From the NCBI GenBank assembly GCA_937625935.1, contig OW569347.1, positions 124,001 through 188,000 on the forward strand: 64,000 nucleotides of DNA, given 5' to 3'. Made by a program: the position numbers and the translations under genes. Each line of letters opens with the position of its first letter. The first letter of the stretch is position 1. A model generated the notes under the pieces. That model was not told where the DNA came from. It ran no database searches and saw nothing but the letters and a program-made list of their open reading frames with translations. The DNA is from Tetramitus jugosus (taxonomy: Eukaryota; Protista; Heterolobosea). Below are positions 8,778 to 17,594 of the stretch, piece after piece.

Positions 8778-9455
8778 ATGTCAGACAGCATTGTTCTAAG
8801 ATACTTTGAGTTGAGAGGAAAGGCCGAAGCCATCCGTCTCTTGTTCGAAATGGCTGGTGTCGAGTACACTGAGGAGAGATTCACTGCCACTGAATGGAGA
8901 CAGGGAGGAAAGAAGCAAGAGTACATGGAGAAGGGCATCAGCTCTTATGGTCAAGTACCAGTTGTCTCGGTCAATGATAAGCACATGAGTCAAACATTGT
9001 CAATCATGAGATACTTTGCCAAGCTCAAGGGTGTCTATGGAGATGATGCTGAGCAACAGTACACATGCGACATGTTGGTCGATGGTGTCGAAGATTGGAG
9101 AAATGGTCATGTCAGACTTGTCTACAACCCTGATTTCCAAAATTTGGTTGGTGACTACATTGCCAATTCAATCCCTGCTTCTTTGACTCACTTTGAGACC
9201 TACTTGAGCAAGAAGTACTCTGCAAGCACTGACGTTCCAGAGAAGGTGTTCCTCGTTGGAGAAAAGTGGAGCTGGGCTGACATTATGCTATTGGACATGT
9301 TGGAGAACATTGTTCGTCTCGATGCTCAAGTCATGCCTGCAAGATTCCCTCTGTTGAACAAGTTCCATGAACAGTTCAAGAATGAGCCTGCAATCAAGAA
9401 GTACTTTGAGAGTGGAAGAAGACCAATCCTTGCCAACAACAGTGGCAATGCTTAA
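8778..9455 (+). CDS. Glutathione S-transferase (sigma/pi/mu-like, Tyr-type)
   Basis: LRYFELRGKAEAIRLL, GQVP, SQTLSIMRY and FLVGEKWSWAD. Confidence 0.93.
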   Translation: MSDSIVLRYFELRGKAEAIRLLFEMAGVEYTEERFTATEWRQGGKKQEYMEKGISSYGQVPVVSVNDKHMSQTLSIMRYFAKLKGVYGDDAEQQYTCDMLVDGVEDWRNGHVRLVYNPDFQNLVGDYIANSIPASLTHFETYLSKKYSASTDVPEKVFLVGEKWSWADIMLLDMLENIVRLDAQVMPARFPLLNKFHEQFKNEPAIKKYFESGRRPILANNSGNA

Positions 9456-9582
9456 TTCCATCTTTCAGACAGACACACCTTGTTTCGTGTGAATAAAACA
9501 CACAACAACTCACGAAGAGTTATTTTTGAATTTGGCTGTCTGACACTTCTTTGATCTCAAAAAACAAACAACATTCACAAAA

Positions 9583-10623
9583 ATGAGTTTTTCAGGATCA
9601 CCCTCCAACACCAACAATAATCAACTTGCTCCTCCATCCAACACCATGATGGATCAAGACAGATACTCAACATCATCTCAACAACCCTCTTCATTCTCTA
9701 CGACTACTACGAGTGGCCACAACGATCATGGTGGTCCACCGCCACACGTGAATTCACCACCCATGACACCTAATGTGCAAGTACTCACAAGGACGATGAA
9801 ATGGGCAGAGGAGCACAAGGATGAGATCACAGAAGAGGACATTACTGTTAGAAAGCAACTCGCAAAGCAATTCATGAATACGACTTTTAAACAATTTGGT
9901 GCAATGATTCTGAGCTCACTCTTCTTGACTGTGCGTTACCGATATGGTAAGGGTCAGTTTTATTCACCCATTTCTGCATCGTTTGCCAAAGTATTGAGCA
10001 CTGTGAGACCGTTTCAACCACCAGACAGTTTCCTGTACAGGTTGGGCATTTATTATCTGATGGGAAGAATCATGTTTCACAATTCGGGAAAGAAACAAGA
10101 AGAATTGGCTTTTGAAAGGTTTTCAAAGCTACAGACACCGTTTGGTTATCACTTTAGATCCTAGTATGTATATTGTTATTGTTGGTTGTGCATTAATGTT
10201 TATTGTGAGCACACGGGTGAACTGATTCATTGGTTGACGTCAAAAATGCATGATGATGATGATGATGATGATATCTATAGTTTGAGAGAACTCAATCCAT
10301 CGAGCAAATTCTTGGAAACCAATCTTGACATATCAGAGTATGACGCTGCAATGAGAGAACGTGAAATGTTTCAAGCAGTCAGTGGTTCAAATGTAAATGA
10401 AGGTTCAAGATTGCAGCAACAGAGACAAGATCAAGGAGGATTGAGCGATCTGTTTACTGACCATGAGCAATCATCTAGAGAAGGTGCGTTATCTGATGAT
10501 TTTGCAGAGAGAAGGCGAGAGAGAAGAAGAACGAGAAGAGATGTCTCGCATGGATCCATCCACGCAAGCGACAACGAATATGAAGACTATGACCAAACAA
10601 ACAGAAACGGCAGGGGCTATTGA
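9583..10623 (+). CDS. Hypothetical membrane protein, weakly OCIA-domain-like (2 exons, intron 10164-10280)
   Basis: GTATGT...TAG intron joins the 9583 and 10186 ORFs in frame (FRSY-LRELNP); two hydrophobic segments followed by ERFSKLQTPFG. Confidence 0.55.
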
Positions 10624-11021
10624 AATCAAATGTACAAAGTGTAGTTTTGAAATATCAAGACAAAGATATATGGGAGGGTGCACGGAATCACCACACCTCT
10701 CGTTGACTTCAGCAATCTTTTGAAGGAACATGAGAGTTCCTTACAAACAACCCAAAACAAAAATAAAAAAAACTGTAAGGAAACAACCTGATGAAAGATA
10801 ATTCCCCTCTTCCTTCCATGCGAACGTTCCAACAACGGAGCAGAACATTTTTAGCTTTTTCTGCTGAAACCACAGCAGCACAACAGACAAACAAAACCAA
10901 AGCATAGAGATTCTCATCCTCACATTATTAATCCAGAGTAGTAGTAGTTCCCCCATATCACTCACACAGACAAACCCCTAAGCACAAAGATACATATCTA
11001 TCACACTAACTTTAAAAAAAC

Positions 11022-11681
11022 ATGGACAAGATATTTGGCAAACAAAAGACAGTCAAGGAACACGTGAGAGAGAACAAGCGCGAGTTGACTCGATCGACGC
11101 GTGACATGGATCGTGAGATTGTCAATCTACAGAGACAAGAAAAGTTGATTCAAGCAGATATAAAGAAGGCATTGAAGCGGAATGATGAACGCACGGCAAG
11201 AACTCTTGCAAAGCAAATTGTTCAAATCAGGAAACAACAGGAACGAATGATGGCCACCAAGGGCAACATGACTGCACTGGGTCACAAACAGTCAACCATG
11301 GGAGCCAATCAGGCAATGGTGGGAGCTATTGGAAAGAGTGCAAACATTATGGGCAAGATGAATGCTCAGATGGACATGAAGCAGATGAGTAGTACTATGG
11401 CAGAGTTCCAGAAACAGAACCAGATGGCATCAATGAGTGAGGAGATGATGGACGATGTGATTGATGGCATGTTTGATGATGATGATATGGAGAGTGAGAC
11501 TGATCAGGCAATGAACGAAATTTTGGACAGTATTGGCATAGATTTGGGCAATCAGTTGGGTGGTATTCAAACATCACAGAACAAGCTTTCGTCGTCATCG
11601 ATGCAAAGTAGGATGAAGGCATTGGAGAATGATGATGACCAGGAACTAGAGTCCATGCTTGCTAAACTGCGACAACAATAA
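11022..11681 (+). CDS. VPS2: ESCRT-III subunit VPS2/CHMP2
   Basis: Snf7-family basic N-half and acidic C-half, LAKQIVQIRKQ, EEMMDDVID, C-terminal MIM ELESMLAKLR. Confidence 0.9.
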   Translation: MDKIFGKQKTVKEHVRENKRELTRSTRDMDREIVNLQRQEKLIQADIKKALKRNDERTARTLAKQIVQIRKQQERMMATKGNMTALGHKQSTMGANQAMVGAIGKSANIMGKMNAQMDMKQMSSTMAEFQKQNQMASMSEEMMDDVIDGMFDDDDMESETDQAMNEILDSIGIDLGNQLGGIQTSQNKLSSSSMQSRMKALENDDDQELESMLAKLRQQ

Positions 11682-11781
11682 GTTGTGCTGCATTCTAAAC
11701 TGTCATTGTATATAGAAAGATTAAATCATTTGTCATTGTGTACATCGAGTTGAATGATATCCTTGTTTTATTTCGTAGTAC

Positions 11782-13890
11782 TTAGTTGGATGCTAGTGTC
11801 GTTGTCTCTGTCTCGGTTGTCTCTAATGTTGGCTTGTTCGTGTTGTGATTGTGGCTCTGGCGTTTCAGGTGCAAAAGTTTGTTCAGCGTGGTCGATGTGC
11901 GATTACCACCTCTTACAGCATGATCCTCTTCGTCGTCACTCAAATCCGTTATTTCGTCCGACTCAACATTGTCATCCTTGTGCTTTTCTTCATCGGCGTC
12001 TCCCTTCCTCCTATTCTCATCACCGTCTTCATCATCACTGAGCATCAGATCCTCCACTAGTTGTTTCTCTTTCTTGTTCTCTGTTTCTGTCACAGTAGGC
12101 GCAGTCATGGGTTCAGCCGTAGGTGTAGTCGGTGTAGTAGCAGTGCTTCTCTTGCTTCGACGATTACCGTTTGGAGTTTGTTGATTCACAGTGGATGATG
12201 TTCCCAGCTCCAACAATTTTCCAATCAAATCTTCGTCGACAGACTGCCGCACCGATTTTCTCTTCTCCTCCTCGTCCACTTCGGCAATCAACATGTGCAG
12301 AGCATCCAGCGATTGCAATGAATCAAGAACACTGACACTGACTCCACTAATTCTCTGTTCGCTCTTATTGACAGTACCATTGTTGGCCGGTTCCATTGAC
12401 TTTCTCTTCTCTCGCTCCTCTCTCTCCCTTCTTTCCTCCTCTAGATAGTATTGTTCTACGAGAGACAATGGCTTTTGAGAGGACAATGGATTGGAAGCGT
12501 GTTCATTGCCTACGATTGCATCATGAATCTTTAGCATGACACTCTTTCTCCTGTTTGTCCTGGGTGACTGTGGCTTGATTGCTTCATGATGTTCACTCAC
12601 ATTACCATTTCCATTGCTATTACTATTATTATTATTACTATTCCTACTAGTGTTGTTATTGTTATTGTTGTTCGTTTGGTGATAGTTATGTACATTGAGA
12701 CTCATACGATTCGACAAAAACACGGACAGTCTCCTTAGTGGATTACCCCTCTTTTGAGATACCTCTGCATTGTTGTTGTTGTTGTTATTATTGTTGTTGT
12801 TGAGTCGATTGGGTGAAGAAGGTGGAGTGAACGATGTGGCTGATGAAGAAGGCGACGAAGGGGAGGAAAAATGGTCTTTTCGGAGAGAAAATCGTCTAAT
12901 TGCCCGATTCAACAAAGTGCCCGCACCGCTGCCACTGCCACTGTGATTGTTGCTTCTGGGTGAGGTCCTCTCGCTAGCGAGTGATGAATTGACAGAAAGG
13001 TGATGTTGAATGGCTCCATTTGTTGATGCTGTAGTGAATGAAGGAGAAACAGTAGTAGTGGATGATGGTGATGATGATGATGATGATTGTGCGTGTTCCT
13101 TGTCTGGTGTCGACTCATTGGAAATTTGAAGGTGCTTTGCGTAGAGAAGAGCCTTGTCCAACATTTGAGTCCACTCGTTCCAATCCTTGACATCCAGTGC
13201 CTTGAGTGTTATGGATGAGGATGACGCATATTCGATTCGAAATTCAGTCTCTTCCCAAATATAATCATTGTTGTTATTATTGTTGTTGCTGCTTTCCATG
13301 CTCGTAGTAGGAGTACTACTACTCGTATTGTCCAACAAATCCAAATTGTCCAGTGAAATGGAAGAAGTGGACGTTGCGGATGTCAAATGACTGGAAGAAT
13401 GATTCATATTGTTGTTGTTGTTGTTATTCGCGTTGGTAGTGGTAGTGGTTGCCGTTGTAGAGTGAACCGTTGCATATTTCAATGGAATTCTCAACTTTAT
13501 CAACGGAAACATCACTTGTCTCTCATGCTCCCATCTCATAATGTCCATTGGTGTAATTTCATGCAAATGTGACGGTTGTTCGACATCGGGCGACAGAGAA
13601 AGAGCCGTAATATCATTTGTTTGCTGTTGTTGTTGAATAGTAGTAGGAGAATTATTATTTTGTTGTTGTCTGTTGTGCAGAGAATTCGTGTCGCAAGAGT
13701 TGAGCGCAGAGTACACATCAATGTTCATTGGCGGTTGATGCTTCAACAAGACAAATTCATGTGCGTGAATCACTGCGAATCGTTTCTTCCACTTGTGAGG
13801 CCATGTGCTTGTGCGACAGTAGAGTGGGCCATGCTTTCTGGGGCATTCAAAGATGGAGAAACTGTCTCTGAAGAGTCTATGGGGGTCCAT
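11782..13890 (-). CDS. Low-complexity protein with an insertion-interrupted PH domain
   Basis: KHGPLYCRTSTWPHKWKKRFAVI ... FRIEY..ITLKALDVKDWNEWTQML. Confidence 0.65.
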   Translation of the reverse strand: MDPHRLFRDSFSIFECPRKHGPLYCRTSTWPHKWKKRFAVIHAHEFVLLKHQPPMNIDVYSALNSCDTNSLHNRQQQNNNSPTTIQQQQQTNDITALSLSPDVEQPSHLHEITPMDIMRWEHERQVMFPLIKLRIPLKYATVHSTTATTTTTNANNNNNNNMNHSSSHLTSATSTSSISLDNLDLLDNTSSSTPTTSMESSNNNNNNNDYIWEETEFRIEYASSSSITLKALDVKDWNEWTQMLDKALLYAKHLQISNESTPDKEHAQSSSSSSPSSTTTVSPSFTTASTNGAIQHHLSVNSSLASERTSPRSNNHSGSGSGAGTLLNRAIRRFSLRKDHFSSPSSPSSSATSFTPPSSPNRLNNNNNNNNNNNAEVSQKRGNPLRRLSVFLSNRMSLNVHNYHQTNNNNNNNTSRNSNNNNSNSNGNGNVSEHHEAIKPQSPRTNRRKSVMLKIHDAIVGNEHASNPLSSQKPLSLVEQYYLEEERREREEREKRKSMEPANNGTVNKSEQRISGVSVSVLDSLQSLDALHMLIAEVDEEEKRKSVRQSVDEDLIGKLLELGTSSTVNQQTPNGNRRSKRSTATTPTTPTAEPMTAPTVTETENKKEKQLVEDLMLSDDEDGDENRRKGDADEEKHKDDNVESDEITDLSDDEEDHAVRGGNRTSTTLNKLLHLKRQSHNHNTNKPTLETTETETTTLASN

Positions 13891-14335
13891 CGTTTATCGT
13901 CTTGTGTATATTTTGTGTATTTTGTGGATTGTGTGTTTTTGTGGTGTGTTGGTTGGTAGTTGGTTGATGGTATGTGAGAGAGGTGGTTGTGATGGTGGCA
14001 GTTGTGATTGGTGGAGGTGTGGATGGACACAAATAAAAACAATTCAATGTTAATTGGGGCTGCGTGAAAGGAAGAGTGGGATGGTCGTTTGTTTTTCGGT
14101 ACTTTTGGTCGTTGAGAAAATGTCGTTTTGACAACGGACATCAACTGTCTCGGATATCAGAATCCTTTTTTCTCCGAGTCAGACTGTTCAATGGAACTCA
14201 TCTACAATTGAAGTTCTTGGTATGATGGTCGCTGGAACCGAAAATTGTGCACCAACAAAAACTCGTACGCACGGAAGAATTTGGCAACAACGCTTCGAAG
14301 TCATTGTCCTTAAAACTACCCAGGACTTCAAAAAG

Positions 14336-14406
14336 TTCTCCTAGGTGGAATCGAACCACCGTCAACGGATTCAAAGTCCGCTATCATACCACTAGACCAT
14401 AGGAGA
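14336..14406 (-). tRNA. tRNA-Gln (anticodon TTG)
   Basis: Minus strand TCTCCTA TG GTCTAGTGGTATGATA GCGGA CT-TTG-AA TCCGT TGAC GGTGG TTCGATT CCACC TAGGAGA A, followed by a T-run terminator. Confidence 0.92.
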
Positions 14407-14444
14407 GTTATAGTTCATATTTTTTCGTAAATTATCACGAAATT

Positions 14445-15393
14445 TCGTGGCGACATCGAGAAGTACACGTTCTGTGCGTGGACATTAGATGTCAGCTAGG
14501 TCTCTCAAACTGCTCAGCAGTGCTGGACTGTATCAAAAACAACAGCTGCTTAAGGGAAGAATCAAGAGCTTCGAGTCACTCAAGACCGAGGTTGGCAAGG
14601 GGTCCTAAAACCTACCAAGAGGTGGCACTCGCGGTGAGAGCAACGCCAGAGTGTATGAATATGGAGTTGCATCAAACAAAGGGATTCATACATACCATCA
14701 GATTCAATGGTAAGTACGCGAGAGGAAACGAATTGTTCCTCCAGGAACGTAAAGCGTTCATCTGTCGGGATTTGCACCAGAAGTAGTGCAGCGAAAGGCC
14801 CGTAGTTTTATGTGCTGGTTGAAGAGTCGCTGCATCACAACGCTGCACAGACTTTAACAGCAATCAAAGGACTGCAAACAGTAGTAACGCTCGCAGTTCA
14901 GAATCGACAGGAAGATGGAGTGATTTGTGGCAGATCAAGAGCCATACGCTGCATACCAAAGGGGTCATGGAGTACCTCTAGGTGAAGAATATGGACACGT
15001 CATGCCCAAGATGCGGCTTTAGGCAAGAGACAGTGTTGCTTTGTCTGATTATATGTCCGATACCTATGATAGCTAGGCGTCTGCTAGTCAAAGAAGTTTC
15101 GGAGGGTAAATTGGTAAACAAAGAACTAAATCTGTGGATTTCTGGTTCGACAATCAGAAGTCTACCAAGCAAGTAACGAGGATTAATGGAGAATGGATTG
15201 ACGAAGGAGGTCGCAGAGAGAAAAGCCAAACTACTTGTACACAACACCAAGAGGAGGTGTCTTGAGTTGATGCATCGCCACTTCATTAACTCCAAAGAAC
15301 TTGACCCGTGGCGGTCACGAAGCAAACAAGTACTGCAAGTACAGAGAGCAACAAAGAAATAAAAGCGCAACCAATTGATTGTATTAAAAAAAA
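14445..15393 (+). mobile_element. Decayed 5'-truncated non-LTR retrotransposon E3 (ORF2 C-terminal zf-RVT/CCHC region) upstream of tRNA-Gln
   Basis: Stop-interrupted frame DLWQIKSHTLHTKGVMEYL*VKNMDTSCPRCGFRQETVL(L)CLIICP matching the CxxC-x7-H-x4-C knuckle with His to Leu (CTT vs CAT); AATAAA 15358-15363; A8 tail 15386-15393; 5' boundary approximate. Confidence 0.75.
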
Positions 15394-15689
15394 GTGCCAA
15401 CGGAGATTGGCAGTCATTGACTTTTTCATCCCATTGAGTCCACCAGTTACTTCTTCGATCGCATCGACCTCTATTCCCATCATTCCTACCAGGTAGTCTC
15501 GGCTCGTCTCCTCTTCAATATGACACCGCACACAGGTAATGCCACTTCACGTCTGCGCGTGGACCATACTCGAGCTTCCGACCACATGAAGACACCCTTG
15601 TTTCTAAAGATTTTTTTTATTTTTACTTTTTTAAAAATGGTTCTAAAAATAGGTTTTTGCTTCTGTCGTGCATGTTTATGGAACAAGAA

Positions 15690-15762
15690 GGTCGTTTAGC
15701 TCAGTCGGTAGAGCGTTGGTCTAATAAGCCATTGGTCGCAGGTTCGATCCCTGCAACGACCA
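15690..15762 (+). tRNA. tRNA-Ile (anticodon AAT)
   Basis: GGTCGTT/AACGACC acceptor, TAGCTCAGTCGGTAGAGC D-arm, CT-AAT-AA loop, GGTTCGATCC. Confidence 0.95.
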
Positions 15763-16248
15763 CTCATTTTCTTTGTTCTGGCGCCAAGTATTTTATTCTG
15801 TTCAGATCACTTAATAGTCTTAAACATCGAATTGGTGGTTTGATTAGCTTATTGGTATTTGCATGTATTGAGACTTGACTAGTGGAACTAGGGAAGGGCA
15901 GTCAAGTGTACTTGACCAATAGCACTGACCAATTTTATAGAACAAATTCATCACTTATCCTCGAAAAAAATTCAAGATTCTCCTAATTCTTTGCACTTGA
16001 CCTGTAATTCACAGCTTTCTCATGTTTCCATGGAATAGGTGTTGTATCGAAACAATGTTCTACTTTTCCCCGCAGTCAATAGTCCGACGGTTGGTCAACT
16101 AAAATTATTTCTTTGTTGAACCTTCTATGTTTTAGTAAAGTGACTAATTAGTTTTGTGCACTTAGTTTTTGTCAACCAGAACAAACGGAATTGATTGGCG
16201 GTAATTTCATAATCGACAGACCACCAGCACAACAAAAATCTGGAAGAG

Positions 16249-17520
16249 ATGAAGAGGGGAAGCACATTGCTTCGCGACAAACTTCGCACCTTGCAGGACG
16301 ACAAACTGTTCCACGAAGCAAGCATGAAGCGCCTGGAAGAAGAAATTAAACACATTCGTGCCACACTACCGATATTGCAGGCTCTGGAACAAGGTGAACC
16401 ATCGCCATCACCATCTCCACCCAATATAGGTGTTTTGCTGTTGGCTGCTGAAACTACGACTCCACCGACTCCTCTGTCCACAGCAACAGGCACCACGAAA
16501 GATCACCATCATCAGCATACTCTCTCTGTTCCAACATCAGCTCGACAACAACAACAGCATAACAAACAAACAACTCACAGATCACCAACAACACATCTCA
16601 ACAGTCTTCCTTCTCCTGTATCTCCCAACACTATTTATCGTCCAGTGATGCCCACTCATCACATTCCACCACCACCGACTCGACTCTTCAAAACAACAGG
16701 TGCATCACCAATGACACCAGTCACACCACTCACCACTACTTCCTCATCATCAGGAGGAGCTTCTGTACAATCATCATCATCATCAGACACAACAACAACA
16801 GTTGATGGATCATCAGAGGAAGAATTGAGTCGAATGCAAATGAAGTTTACAATGGCTAATCAACAACCATCTACACCACCAATCAAGGTGTCTTCTCCTG
16901 CTACTGCAACAACAACAACATCGATACCAACACCAACAACGAGCGCCACAATTACAGCTGCCCCAAGCAGTAGTAGTAGTAGTAATGCAGCTATAGCTAT
17001 GACAACGAGTGAACAGCTTCAACAACCTCAACAGCCACCGACATCACCAACCATCACTACGACACCAACCACAAGCATGACGACGACGACTCCATCACCG
17101 ATCACAACACCATCACAAACCTATGGCAAAAAGAGATCATTTGCCGCTGCTATTGCAGGTTCTTCACCCGTTTCATCTTCTCCGCCAACTAGTTTTGGCG
17201 CCAAAAAATCCAGGAGAACACCTGTGATGATCGAATGGCAGGGCGCAAAATATTTGACAAAGCAGGATTTGGAGCTCAGTACAGGCGTATCAGATCCGAC
17301 ACACAAGTCAAAAATTAAAAAGTACAAGGATGTGCGCAACACACAGGAGAATCCATTCACTTGTGTAGGCGAGGAACATTATGCAGAGTTGCATCGACAA
17401 CAACCTGACTTGAAGCTAAACCAGTTCACGAGTCTATATGCTGATAGCTCCTCTCGGATCATACGACTATTCACTGTAGATTACATGGACTTTTTGATAA
17501 AATTCTACACGAATAACTAA
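16249..17520 (+). CDS. Hypothetical protein (N-terminal coiled coil, S/T/P-rich linker, NLS-like basic patches, folded C-terminal domain)
   Basis: 423-aa ORF; KKRS and KKSRR patches; no family recognised. Confidence 0.6.
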   Translation: MKRGSTLLRDKLRTLQDDKLFHEASMKRLEEEIKHIRATLPILQALEQGEPSPSPSPPNIGVLLLAAETTTPPTPLSTATGTTKDHHHQHTLSVPTSARQQQQHNKQTTHRSPTTHLNSLPSPVSPNTIYRPVMPTHHIPPPPTRLFKTTGASPMTPVTPLTTTSSSSGGASVQSSSSSDTTTTVDGSSEEELSRMQMKFTMANQQPSTPPIKVSSPATATTTTSIPTPTTSATITAAPSSSSSSNAAIAMTTSEQLQQPQQPPTSPTITTTPTTSMTTTTPSPITTPSQTYGKKRSFAAAIAGSSPVSSSPPTSFGAKKSRRTPVMIEWQGAKYLTKQDLELSTGVSDPTHKSKIKKYKDVRNTQENPFTCVGEEHYAELHRQQPDLKLNQFTSLYADSSSRIIRLFTVDYMDFLIKFYTNN

Positions 17521-17594
17521 ACTCTATGAAACAAAATATAAATATTTATAACCTAAGGTGTGTGTGTTGTGGTTGTGTGATGATTGATGACAAC

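Noticed and set aside
2262-9455. RiPP-style biosynthetic cluster (methyltransferase, SDR, precursor, GST)
   Set aside because: Neighbours are ordinary housekeeping families interleaved with RRM and RNase P genes; no protease, transporter or known RiPP maturase is present.
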